A stretch of 64,000 nucleotides of DNA, taken from the NCBI GenBank assembly GCA_951406725.2, contig OX597829.1, positions 48,918,001-48,982,000 on the forward strand, in the 5' to 3' direction. The notes beneath the pieces are model-generated. The model saw only the letters and a list, made by a program, of their open reading frames with translations. It ran no database searches and was not told the DNA's origin. The DNA comes from Octopus vulgaris. Taxonomy: Eukaryota. Shown piece after piece: positions 12,269-25,699 of the stretch. A program made the translations under genes and the position numbers. How positions within the stretch are numbered: the stretch's first letter is position 1; every line of letters starts with the position of its first letter.

Positions 12269-12960
12269 CAGGGTGTCCCAAAATTAAGGCAACCAAATTT
12301 TTTCAATTTTGTCAAAGCAAAATATTGTTATATTTCTGGTCTGAACATTGCAATGCAATGGTAAAGGAAACACAATTATGATACCACCACATTTATTCGT
12401 TATGATTACCCCTGTTTCGAATCACACCACCACATTTATTTGATATGATCACTCCTGTTTCGAATCACAGCCTTAGTCTAGGTGCAAATATTTCACACGC
12501 AGCACGCAGCTGTTCTTGCGGAATCAATGTCTACTCTCGACGGAGCCAGATACACTCCGAAGTCAGTCATTCTGGTGGTTTACTGTCTGCTCGATGGTAA
12601 ATTTCTTTTCGTCAGTGAACACCAGGCTGGGCAGCATACCTTCAAACAATCTGACGCAGGATAAGAGGGCTTCTCTCCAGTCTCATGGCCTTAAAAACTT
12701 GCGTGAGCTCATTACGACTGGTTATCTTGTAAAGGTGGGTCCTGAGATCCTTCTTCAGCACTCGATACATCGATGTTCAGCTTCTTTTCGCTGTGGCAGC
12801 CAATTTTCCAACGGAACGACGAGGATTTCGCCGTATCTTTTCTTTGGTGCTTTTGATAAACTGAGTGTCTGCACACTTCTTTTGCGGCTATGTCCAACTC
12901 GATCCACGGTGGAATCAGTCTCTTTAAAAATTATGTGGAGGGTTATGATTGTAATTAGGT
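12269..12960 (-). mobile_element. Tc1/mariner-superfamily (maT-like) transposon relic
   Basis: TA-CAGGGTGTCCC terminus; minus strand reads LVFTDEKKFTIEQTVNHQND (first catalytic D). Confidence 0.75.
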
Positions 12961-13034
12961 CTATAGTCATTATCTAATTTATAAATTTGAATTTATTTAG
13001 TCTGAAACAAAATAGTTCTCCTCAATCGTGAGTT

Positions 13035-13215
13035 TCTCGTGAAAAACATTGTATCACTTCCGCATCCGCATCCGCCCTTATCGCTAGATTTAACACCTTC
13101 AGACTTCCATCTCTTCCCCATGATGAAAATACAGCTCAGAGGTTGCCGTTTTAACACCACTGACGAGATCCAGAGTGAATCACAGAAAGTCCTAGGACTC
13201 GCTAAAGGAAAACGA
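13035..13215 (+). mobile_element. mariner transposase C-terminal fragment
   Basis: PHPPLSLDLTPSDFHLFPMMKIQLRGCRF resembles the HPPYSPDLAPSDF motif. Confidence 0.85.
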
Positions 13216-13550
13216 CTTCTTCTTCTTCTTTTTCCTCCTCCTTCTCCTCTTCTTCTCGCCTCCTCCCCTTCCTCCTCCTCTACTTCTTCTTCTTATTATT
13301 ATTATTCTTCTTCTTCTTTTTCTTCTTCTTCCTCCTCCTCTTCTTCTTCTTCTTCTTCTTCCTCCTCCTCCTCCTCCTCCTCTTCTTCTTCTTCTTCTTC
13401 TCCTCCTCTTTTTACTTCTGCTTCCTCCTCCTCCTCTTCCTCTTCTTCTTCTTCTTCTTCCTCCTCTTCTCCTTCTTCTCCTTCTTCTTCTTCCTCCTCA
13501 TCCTCCTCCTTCCGTGCTCTTCTTCCACCAATACCACCACCACCACCACC

Positions 13551-13640
<90 letters not shown>
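13216..13640. repeat. (CTT/CCT)n-(CCA)n-(CTA)n microsatellite
   Basis: Direct. Confidence 0.95.
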
Positions 13641-13641
<1 letters not shown>

Positions 13642-14036
13642 TCCTTTCTTTCCTCATCGTGATGCGTCTGTGATTATCACTATGTAAACAACTTCGACTC
13701 CAAATCATAATTTGACTATTCAAGCGCAAGACGTTCGTCTAGAGAACTCAGGCCTTCGGCCATCCTCTTTCTTGGTTGTCCTAATCGGAAGTAAGAATTG
13801 GATGTCAAGAGAAGTTCACAGAAATGAACAAAGAATGAATTGATGAACTTAGAGAGGATAAGTGATTTCTAAAGAGTCAGTAATGAGCCAGACGTAAAGA
13901 GAATGAAGTGAGAGAGAGAGAGAGGAGAGAGAGGAAGGAGAGAGAGAAAGGGGAGACAGAGAAAGAGAGAGTGAGTTGTGCTGGAAAAAGTGTTAGTGTG
14001 GAAATGGTATTAATGGCGAAAAAGATATTCAACAGA

Positions 14037-14133
<97 letters not shown>

Positions 14134-14146
14134 GTCTGTCTATCTG

Positions 14147-14265
<119 letters not shown>

Positions 14266-15012
14266 GTCTGTCTGTCTGCTTCTCTCTCTCTATATATATA
14301 TATATAGAGAGAGAGAGAGGGAGAGAGAGAAAGGGAAGGGAAGCAGGGAGAGGAAAGAGAGAGTGAGAGAAGAAGAAGATGAAGAGGCGGAGGAGGAGTT
14401 AGAAGTAGAAGCGGAAGAGGCGGAGGAGGTAGAAGAAGAAGAGGTGGAGGCGGAAGTGGCAGAGTAGTAGGCGGAGGATTAGAAAGGGGGAAGAAGAGGA
14501 GAAGAAAACGAAAGAGGGGGAGGAAAAGAAAAAGGAGAAGAGGGAGCGAGGGAGGGAGGGAGGGAGGGACGGAAGACAAGAGAAGAATCCAAAGAAGACT
14601 GATGATAATTGACAATTACGATGTTACTGCTGTTGTTGTTGTTGTTGTTGCTGCTGCTGCCAATGATGACGATGGTGTTAAAGGAGAAGCTGATGATGAT
14701 AGGACAATATACGCGAAGAGGAGGAAGAGAGATAAGATCTGAAAATATAACACATCCCATAAGTACCTACCTACAAGCCGTTTACATATTTGTAAGTAAA
14801 GAATGGGAAAAGAAAGGTGAAAAGAAAATTACATCTTACGTAATTGAAGCAAGCATTTAAGTGGATATAATATGTCTTCTGCGAGGAGGAATCGAAACGC
14901 TTCGCTAAGTCGTGTGCATTTTAGGTTATAAAGATTTGACGATTTAAACATTAAAAACGACATAGCTTGCATAGATAGCACGGCTAGTATGGATTCATAT
15001 ATGTATATATAT

Positions 15013-15680
<668 letters not shown>

Positions 15681-16018
15681 ATACTGCAAAGGCGGTGAGC
15701 TTGCAAAATCGTTTGAACGCCGGGCGAAATGCTTAGCGGCATTTCGTTCGCCTTTACGTTCTGAGTTCAAATTCCACCGGGGTCGACTTTGCCTTTCATC
15801 CTTTCGTGGCCGAGAAAATAAGTACTAGTGGATATAATCGACTTATTGCCCTCACCCCAAAACTCGGGCCTTGTGATTATTAGTAGAAACGAATATATAA
15901 CACTGCCGTTTTGTTGGATCTACCTATTTATTGATAATTATTCAGCAACAGGATGCAAACGCACCCACGCACATACACACCCACACAAACACACACACAC
16001 ACACACACACACATACAC

Positions 16019-16066
<48 letters not shown>

Positions 16067-16477
16067 ACACACATACACATTCGAGTGCACGCGTGCCCAA
16101 ACACACATGCATGTATGTATATACATGTGTATAAGAATAGGTGTGTGTGTCTGTGGGTGGGTGTGCGCGAGCGTGTCTGTGTGCGCGCGTGAGTGTATCT
16201 TTTATCTTTTGCTTGTTTTTAGCCATTGAACTGCAGCCAAGCTGGGGCGTAGTCTTGATGAGCTTCTTCGAAGAAATCGACTCCATTACTTTTTTTTTCA
16301 AGCTTCTTACTTATTCTAGCGTTCTGTTCTTTCTGCCAAACCACTAAATAACGTGAACGTAAACAAACCAACACTAGTTTTCAAGCGGTGATAAGACGAA
16401 TACAAACAAGGAAGGACACACACACACACACACACATACACACACACAGAATGGTTTTTTTCCCTTCGGTAAACGAC

Positions 16478-16745
16478 GTGTCAGGGTTCCGCAGTTTCTT
16501 GCTGAACAACCACACAAATGCTTAGTTTATAGTCATCAAATGCTTCTGTTCACATAAGTTAGATCACTCCATCAAATCGATATTGCCGGTCCAGTTGCAC
16601 AAGTGTGCCACGGGTCAGATGCCGAAATGATTGCAGTGCAACGTAAAATCAGTGTTTTGCTCAAGAACATAACGCACCACTCGGTCTGCGAATTAAATGC
16701 ACAATCATTTTGAATGCAACCCTAAACCACTTACCCATGCGCCTA
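16478..16745 (-). mobile_element. Older SINE family D (related copy ~34630-34830 +)
   Basis: rc GTTCTTGAGCAAAACAC core and a tail with CATTTGAT..CTAT.AAC...GGTTGTTC.GCAA shared between both loci. Confidence 0.55.
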
Positions 16746-16819
16746 GGGGTTAGGGTGTTGCGTTCACATCAAATTTAGTTGCTTTCTCCATATTCACACA
16801 CCAAAAACGGAGTACGGTT

Positions 16820-17290
16820 CTCTAACATGGACCTAGAGAGATGACAGGCTAGACAACTTTAAATTAAGTAGCATATAATGAAAGATTTCAGTCTAGAAAC
16901 CGAATAAACACAAACCTAAAATTAATAAAATTGCCAAATACGAGACTTGAGCTAACCACAAACGAACGGAATCTTCACCGCAGACAAAAGGAAGAAGCAA
17001 TATACATCAATAAGTACTCTAGCCACCTATAATTACAAAATTTATAATATAACAAGTGAAATCAAAGACGAATTTTATCATCCACACAAAGCTATACTTA
17101 ATAAAATTGCACCACACAGCATTAAAAGTAATTTTAAAGAAAAAAAACCGATAGACATCAGAGAACTTATATAAGAAGATAAACCAGAGATAGAAAGATA
17201 TTTCAGTATAAATCCTTCCCATACAGTAAAACATCCGCAAACATAGAAAAGAGACCTTCTGTCTCTGATAAACATGTACCGTCCAACTTC
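16820..17290 (+). mobile_element. Highly decayed PLE RT of YRDDGL type (possibly Naiad-like)
   Basis: *RDDRL, INTNLKLIKLPNTRLELTT, AIYINKYSSHL resemble YRDDGL / NLKIVNFLDVTLDL / YINxxSNHP. Confidence 0.55.
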
Positions 17291-17520
17291 ACTATGATGT
17301 AAACCTGTCTCTCAACCATTTTATCTTTGGATGGGCGCTCAACTATTTTCTATTTTTATCTATGGACCACTTTGGTTCACTTTGGACCATTTTGGATTGG
17401 TAACGTACACAAATACACACGCACACACACACATGCATGCAAATACATACATACGGACACATGCGCACACACAGAGAGATACACAAACATGCAGTCACAC
17501 ACAAACGCGCATTCACAATG

Positions 17521-17553
<33 letters not shown>

Positions 17554-17627
17554 GCATACATATGTGTGTGTGTGTACATCATATAGATATATGTGTGTAA
17601 ATTGTGTATATATATATATATATATAT

Positions 17628-18487
17628 ATAGGTAAACAGTAAAAATAATTACAGACATGGACAAGAACATGAAACGCCACAGAGACGACACAAGAACCAC
17701 AGGACGGGACATTCGAAGCCCTCAGTCATCAGTCAAGAACCAGATCATCTTAGCAATTTCGGCTGATTAATCTTGAGATTGCTCCGATATGGGCAGCCCG
17801 CCACGGGAAATCTAAGCCAAGTGCATTAGATCCCCTGGAAGAAAGCTTCGAATGTATACAACACGAGGACGGAAAACGAACGAAGTACACGAACAAAAAT
17901 ACAGAATACGTGACAACAATAAGAATACAAAAACGTAAAAACAATAACGGTAAAAATAAAGTATAAAAAATAAACAACAAAACAAAACCAGGACGTAGGA
18001 CAAGGGTCTTTCGACAGGACGAATTGAGCATGGGGCTGGCTTATGAAGTTGTGCCTAATGGCCACAGGGAGACGAACAAGTACGTGTTGCTTCAACGGCT
18101 GCTGGAACGAAAAGAGCGCTCAACAGCGGTCAGCGGTCACGTGAGAACAAAAGACAAGAGAAAGGGACAGATGAAAAGAGAGAGAAGGTGGACGAGGGAG
18201 GAGAAGAAAGAGACAGATCGAGGGGGCTGGAGGTGAGAGAGATAGAGAAACGTAGAAGGGGGGGGGGAAACGGATGGAGAGGGAAAGAAAGGAGGGGGAA
18301 TAAGGGAGGAGAGAGAGAGAGAGAAAGAAAGATTAAGAGTCGTATCAATGCTTGAGAAAAAAATATACTTATCATATAAGGACAATTGTGGATACGTAGC
18401 CGCCGATTATATAGGTAAACAGTAAAAATAATTACAGACATGGACAAGAACATGAAACGCCACAGAGACGACACAAGAACCACAGGA
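17628..18487 (-). mobile_element. Non-coding element with 77-bp terminal direct repeat (pLTR-like), in (TA)n
   Basis: 17628-17704 repeated at 18411-18487; contains a permuted HHR. Confidence 0.7.
17717..17783 (-). ncRNA. Non-circularly permuted hammerhead candidate
   Basis: rc AGCAAT-C^TCAAGA...AGCC-GAA-ATTGCT...TCTTGA-CTGATGA-CTGAG-GGCT; perfect 6-bp stems I and III. Confidence 0.72.
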
Positions 18488-18493
18488 TATATA

Positions 18494-18868
18494 TCTCTCT
18501 ATATATAAACGGCAGTTTGTCTGTGCGTGTTTCTGTGTGTCTGTTTGCTTGTACCTTCACCCTGACCACGGCTTTCAACCGATTCTGATGAAACTTGACA
18601 CACACATAGCCCAATGTCATAATTCAAAACTAACGCAGCGAAAATTTTGAAAAGTTCCCCCAGTTCTGAAAAAAATCGATAAATTCGACATGGGGTCCAG
18701 AATCAGAAACACAAACTGTCTAGGGGACGCAACTCCACCTTTTTTAACTAAAAAAAAATTTACCATCATTTTTTCCCATTTTTTTGCTATTTTTTGGCTA
18801 TAACTCTCTAAAAATGCTTTATAGTTATTTCCCTTACAAACCTGAGCAACGCCGGGCGATACTGCTAG
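18494..18868 (+). mobile_element. Non-autonomous Helitron
   Basis: 5' TCTCTCTATATATAAA; 3' CCTGAGCAACGCCGGG hairpin + CTAG|T. Confidence 0.8.
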
Positions 18869-18979
18869 TATATATATATATACATATATATATGCGTGTG
18901 CGTATGTATTCATGTACATGTCTGTCTCTGTCTTTGTCTATTTGTCAGTCTGCCTCTCTCTCTCTTTTTGTCGATCTCC

Positions 18980-19028
<49 letters not shown>

Positions 19029-19029
<1 letters not shown>

Positions 19030-20551
19030 CCACAAGCCCAACAGCCCTGGCCACCCCATCGTTTCCGACTGCAACTGCCCCACCAAAATGATCTCCATAT
19101 AACTCCTCCAGTGGCTTCTCTCCCTTCGCACGGTGCACGGTCACGACACCAATCATGCTCTCCGTCTGTTTAACTCTTTCGCCTTTCCCTTTGGCCCCTC
19201 TCAACTTTTGTTCACTCTCGACATTAAATCTTTGTATACTATGATCCCACACTACGAAGGCCTTCTTGGGCATAAAAACTTTCTCGACCTTCGGCTAGAC
19301 CTTCAGCCTGACACCTCCAATCTTCTTCGTTTACCCGAACTTGTTCTTTCCTTCAACTGTTTATCGTTCGCGGGGGAGTTTCACTAGAACTAGGGAGTGG
19401 CCATGAGAACGAGAATTGTCCCCAACTATGCGAATCTGCTCGTTGGCTATGTTGAGGCCCAAATATTCTCACAATTCACCGGTCGCATTCCCGAGTTATT
19501 CGGTCGTTTTATCGATGACTGTATTAGCGAGACCTCACTCTCCTACGAACATCTGGACTCTTTCCTTTCCTTTCTCCAACCCTACCATCCTGTCCTCGAA
19601 ATCTTCTGCACTGTCTCTAACTCTTCCGTCGAATTTCTGGACATTTGTATCAACGTACACCACTCCGTTCTACCCACTTCAATCCACTACAAACACACTG
19701 ACTCACACACATGCATTGACTACTCCGTCATCTACTCTACCCACACCAAGCTCTCCATCCCCTATTCCCAATTCCTCCGTCTACGCAGTAACAACTATGA
19801 CTTTGAAACTCATCCTCAACTGATGGCTCGCCATTTCATACTACGTGGTTATCCCCTCACCATTATCCATACTGCCTTTCACGGGCGCAATCTGTGGACC
19901 GTACCTCTCTTCTTTCTTCTCGTACCCACACCAGTCTTACCCGATACCCGTTACTCTCACCTACCACCCTCCACCCTACCCTTCCAATGCACCATTCTGC
20001 TAGCCTTCCGGTGACTCCAGTCCAATCCCTGTACTTCGTACATTTTCCTAACCTACCCTTTTCCTCCTTCAAACCTATTCATAACGAGCGTGACAACCTG
20101 GTCCGCAGTATCTTCCCTACCCTACCTGCTAGCCTGGCTCCTTTTCCTGTCCTCGCCCACACTGTCGCACCTGTCCCTACCTCTTCAAGCCCACTATTCT
20201 CACTGGAGCCAATCTCCATCCCTATTATGTCACTGACTCTTTTATCTGCACCTCCAGTAATGTTATTCACTGCATCTCCTGCTCTCTCTGTCCTTCCCTG
20301 TACATTGGTCAATAGGGACGCCGCTTACCTGACCGGTTCGCGAAGCACCTCCAAGACATCAGACTCGCTTATGACACCCCGGTCTTGCGCCACTTCCGCT
20401 CCACCAATCATTCGCTACAACATCTGTCTGTGTGCGGACTGTCTTTGCACAGGGGCCGCCCGGACTCCCGCCTTCACCATAAACAGAAATTAATCTTCTC
20501 TCTTCGTTCCTGTGCACCATGTGAGATCAAATCACCGTCTCTCTTCATCTG
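19029..20551 (+). mobile_element. Penelope-like element RT + GIY-YIG endonuclease pseudogene (Cys-linker, Neptune-like)
   Basis: HKPNSPGHPIVS, LFTLDIKSLYT, AMRTRIVPNYANL, RFIDD, RGYP, CPRPHCRTC, NVIHCISCSLCPSLYIGQ; stops and frameshifts. Confidence 0.93.
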
Positions 20552-20820
20552 ACACCAATCCCACACAAACTCCCACACACACATATATCGTTTTACTTGT
20601 TTCCGCCATTTTAAATTTGGTATTTTTCCATCAGTCTCTTTGGTTAAACCACAATGTTATGGAGACGTAAAGAAACCAGAGCCGGCTGTTAAGAGGTTTT
20701 GGGAGACAATCACCATCACAAAGAAACACACACATACATATGTGTGTATGTATATGTGTGTGTGTATATATACATATATACACACACATACATACATACA
20801 TACATACATACATACATACA

Positions 20821-20893
<73 letters not shown>

Positions 20894-21070
20894 GAGATTT
20901 TATGATTTGTTTTGAGAGTTTTAGAACAATAATTATAAGATATTTAATTTATTTCAATGCGGTTATTATAGATAATATCTTTTCACTATTGATGGAATAA
21001 CTAAATAGTGGTTTGTCTCCAAATTACACACACACACACACACACATATATAAATGTCATTTGTGGAGCC

Positions 21071-21162
<92 letters not shown>

Positions 21163-21163
<1 letters not shown>

Positions 21164-23105
21164 GCGCGGGAGACAAGTCACTAGGCTTGGATGGCCTGCC
21201 CTACGAACTTTATTGTCATATGCCAAACTTGTTTGGACGTGTCTTGGCAGCTGTCTACTGCAACTGGCAGCAAAACGGGAGTATCCCCGTCTTTATAAAG
21301 CGAGGAGCCGTGGCTCAACGCAGATTTGAAAATTTTGGCCGAGAAGTTGGTGCTTGTCATCGAGAAACTAGTCGACAAGGCACAAACGTGCACCGTGCAG
21401 AGTAGGAGTATCCATGGCAACCTACATCTGATGCGCTACATCATATACAGGCTAGTTAAGGAACCTGGCATGGGTGGGGCATTGATCAATTTGGATCAAT
21501 CAAAAGCTTTTGATAAGGTAGACCATCACTATTTGGAGGCTGTCCTTAAAGCAGCTGGTTTCGGTCTCATCTTCCGCTGTTGGATCGCTGCCTTATACAG
21601 TGGTATCCGCTCGGTAGTTCGCGTAAATGGTCATCTATCCAGACCTTTTAACATCATGCGTTCGGTTCGTCAGGGATGCCCCCTCTCATCGCTTCTGTAT
21701 GTATTGACTCTTGAGCCACTACTGCCGAAGCTTGCGACACTGAGGGGCATTCCATGAGAGCTGGGATGCGGAAGGAATGCGTCTGCATACGCGGACGACG
21801 TCGCCGTCATAGTATCGAGCTACAAGCACATCGAGCTGGTCGGCAAGACACTAAAAGAATACGAAGCGGTAACGGGAGCAAAAATAAACCGGGAAAAGTC
21901 AGTGGGCTTGCGGCTCGGCACCTGGAGAAGCAGGCACATGCCGTCCAACAGCGTCTCCATCGTGGGACGGTGGACCGACGGACCGGTTAAATTGCTCGGA
22001 GTCTTGTTCGGTCCGGATATCCAAATGGAGAAGAACTGGGGCGAAATAATGACTAGGGTGGCCACTCTCACCCAGGAATAGGCTGAGAGGAGACTATCCT
22101 TAAAAGGTCGGGCGGAGGTGGCGAACGTGTACATCGCATCCGTCTTCGAATACCGTCTGACCGTCGTGGAAAGCATACTCTTCCGTTTCCTGTGGAAGGG
22201 AAGCGTTCCAATGGTTAGGTGATTCATTTGCTGTCAACACCCATTAAATGGAGGGCTAGGCATGCTCTAGTTGATGATGCGACATTTTTGGTATTTCATA
22301 GACGACGGTGAACAGGTGTGGTCGCCGTTTGTGCGGCGCGCTTTTCCGTAGCTCGTCTCCTTGGCCGAACTGCAGTCGTGGATCAAACAGAGACCGAGGC
22401 TAGGCAAATGGCACTGCGAGTGTCGCATTGCTCTCAAGCATCTCTGCCGTCCGGGACCAATCTTGTGCGACTACATAACAACAAAGGCGTTCTATAGAGG
22501 ATTAGTGGAAGGGTGGTAAGACGAAGTTCTCGGGCAGAATCTGGGCGTCGATGAGAACATCTGACCCACCTGTTCAGGACAACTTTCGGGCCGAGACCTA
22601 TGGACAATCACCAAAGATCCCTGGCCTGGCAGTGCTATCGAGAAGCATTAACCGTTCGGGATAAACTCTACAAGCACGGTTCGAAACACACCGTACCGAC
22701 TTGCCCGAGATGCGGTCAGAGCGACGAAACCGTTCTGCACGCACTCGTGCAGTGTCCAACCATTTCAGACTTGTGGGCTTGTGCCGTGTGGGACGAGTCC
22801 GCCTGTCGGCCGAGTCTATCGTGACGACTGCTCCGCCACCTTCCCTCAACTGAGAAGGCAAGGCAGTATTCATCGTACTGGTGGCCATGGTGAAAGAATG
22901 TGTGTGGTGGATTCGAGCGAAAGGATTAGAGACAAACACCTACCTCTCTGGCAAATCGCTCGTCAACTTTTTTAAGTACCACTTGAAAAGAAAGGTGAGA
23001 ATGGAGAGGGAAGTTTTGTCTCGCGAAAGATTAAAAAAAAGATGGGTGAATGTAGCAAAGATGGTGCGTGCGAGTGACGAAACCACTTTGAGTATGATCC
23101 TGTAA
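21163..23105 (+). mobile_element. 5'-truncated L1/Tx1-clade LINE ORF2 pseudogene
   Basis: KSLGLDGLPYELY, LDQSKAFDKVDH, VRQGCPLS, AYADDV, GGLG, CPRCGQSDETVLHALVQC. Confidence 0.92.
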
Positions 23106-23629
23106 ATCTTCCTGAACCATACATTGAAACCGTATCCTGGTATAACGACTGAAATCGAAATACGAAGCATCATTTTCATCGCCCTCCTGAAAATGTTTAT
23201 TATCATTAAAAAATCGGTCCCTCAACGGGGGTGAATGATAAGATATTGAGTGTAACGACAGAGGAAAGGATGTGTGGCGTGCAATATATAGTAGTATTGT
23301 ACGATAGAAGCCCGAGTTCTTCAACTCCCGTTTGTAAAAACAAAAGATCTTGCGTGTGCTCTCATATATCATGTTACTTCAACAACTTCGTAAGTTTATG
23401 TAAGCACAGAAGTCCAATTTGTTTTAAAATTGCCATTTCTATTTCTCTCTCTCTCTCTCTTTTTCTACCTCTCTATTTCACACAGACACTCTCTTTCTAA
23501 TAATCTTTTTTTCATTCACTCCCTTTGTAATCCATTTTGAATACCTACCTACCTATCTTCCTAGCTACATACATACATACATACATACATACATAATACA
23601 TAAATACATACATACATACATACATACAT

Positions 23630-23661
<32 letters not shown>

Positions 23662-24303
23662 ATATACATACATACATACATGCGTACATACATACATACA
23701 TATATATACATACATACATACATACACTCACACACACACACACACACATATATATATACATACATACATACATACATACATACATACATACATACATACA
23801 TACATACAGACAGACAGACAGACAGACATACAAACATATTAATACTCCCATTTTGTCTCTTTCTCTCGATATATCTATATACACACACACAAATACACAC
23901 ACACACACACACAAACACACAAATACACACACACACACAAATACACACACATCTGCTTTTGCTACTAATAACTCATCTTAATTGTAAAACAATACGCTCT
24001 GAGTGATAAACAATAAAGAATAAAAACAAACAAAATCCTCCGAATTATCTCCTTAAATATATATTTATTATTCTTTAAGAATGACAGATTGTCTTAAATG
24101 AAATACGTCTGCGGAATGTTTATCCACAGTGGCTCTTCGCTATTACAGACACATACAAAAATACTACAGCGCATAGAAAACATATCTATCAGCCATAACT
24201 TTCTTCTTTGTAGGAAACACTAACAAAGCATCATCTCGACCGAAATAAAATCTACTAGAAAACGATGCGAATGCTTAGCAACTAATTTACTATTGATAAT
24301 AAT

Positions 24304-24318
24304 ATCTATCTATCTATG

Positions 24319-24401
<83 letters not shown>

Positions 24402-24443
24402 ATTTCTGTCCATCTATCTATCCATCTATCTATCTATCTGTCC

Positions 24444-24499
<56 letters not shown>

Positions 24500-24664
24500 G
24501 TCTGTCTATCTATTTATCTCTCTCACTATCTATCTACCTATCTGCCTATCTGTCTGTCTGTCCGTCCGTCAGTCTGCCTGTCTGTCTATCTATCTGTCTG
24601 TCTATCTATCTATCTGTCTGTCTATCTATCTGTCTGTCTGTCTGTCTGTATGTATGTCTGTCTG

Positions 24665-24715
<51 letters not shown>

Positions 24716-24855
24716 GTCTATCTATCTGTCTGTCTATCTATTTATCTCTCTCACTATCCATCTACCTATCTGCCTATCTGTCTGTCTGTCCGTCTGTCAG
24801 TCTGCCTGTCTGTCTATCTATCTATCTATGTATCTTTCTGTCTGTCTGTCTGTCT
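24304..24855. repeat. (TATC/TGTC)n with a 228-bp internal duplication
   Basis: TATTTATCTCTCTCACTATC at 24511 and 24739. Confidence 0.93.
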
Positions 24856-24865
24856 TTAGATATAC

Positions 24866-25005
24866 CCTAAAGTCCTGGTGTATTGCAAAAATCGGAACCG
24901 CACGCACACTGCATAAAGTAATGTCTGTATGCGGGTCCTTGTTGTGACTTGACAGACAGTTCAAACCTCCGGTAGACACAATGTCTTCAGTCGACAACAT
25001 CAAAT
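24866..25005 (+). mobile_element. Possible 3' end of an RLE-type (R4/Dong-like) LINE
   Basis: IAKIGTARTLHKVMS resembles the terminal LGTAxILRKVL motif. Confidence 0.4.
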
Positions 25006-25044
25006 TATTGGATACAGAGCGATGTCCTCAATAATACTGGATTC

Positions 25045-25269
25045 GAATTTTGGCACAATATCAGCAACTTCGGAAAAGGTGTAGGTCGAATATATTATCT
25101 CCAGTGATCAGCTGATACTTATTTTATCGACTCCGAAAGGATGAAAGACAAAGTGGACCTCAATAGAATTTGAACTCAGAACGTATGGACGGACTAAGCG
25201 CCGAAAAGCATTTTGCCTGACGTGCTAACAATTCTGCCATCTCACTACTTTAATAATGATAATAATAAC

Positions 25270-25341
<72 letters not shown>

Positions 25342-25570
25342 AATAATAATAATGATAATTTCTGCGGGAAGCACAAGGCCTCAAATTTGGGAGAGGGGAT
25401 TAAGTCGATTGTATAAACCCCAGTACTTGACTGGTACTTAATTTATCGACCCACGAAAAGATGAAAGGCAAAGTCGACCCCGGCGGAATTTGAACTCAGA
25501 ACGTAGCGACGGGCGAAATACCGTTATGCAATTTGCCCGGCGTGATAACGATTCTGACAGCTCACCGCTT
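25045..25570 (-). mobile_element. Two SINE family B copies around an (AAT/GAT)n tract
   Basis: GATGAAAG.CAAAGT.GACC...GAATTTGAACTCAGAACG occurs twice. Confidence 0.8.
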
Positions 25571-25699
25571 TAGCAGTGCAAAAGATACATAAAGGTATGC
25601 TAGTGAAACAGCAGGAAGAAGTACGCGTAAGGATATTTATCAATAACAAAAGAAAATAGATATTTATTGTGTGTTTTCCTGATGTAGGAAGGATAATCG

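Noticed and set aside
16744-16756. TAGGGGTTAGGG telomere-like sequence
   Set aside because: Fewer than two perfect units
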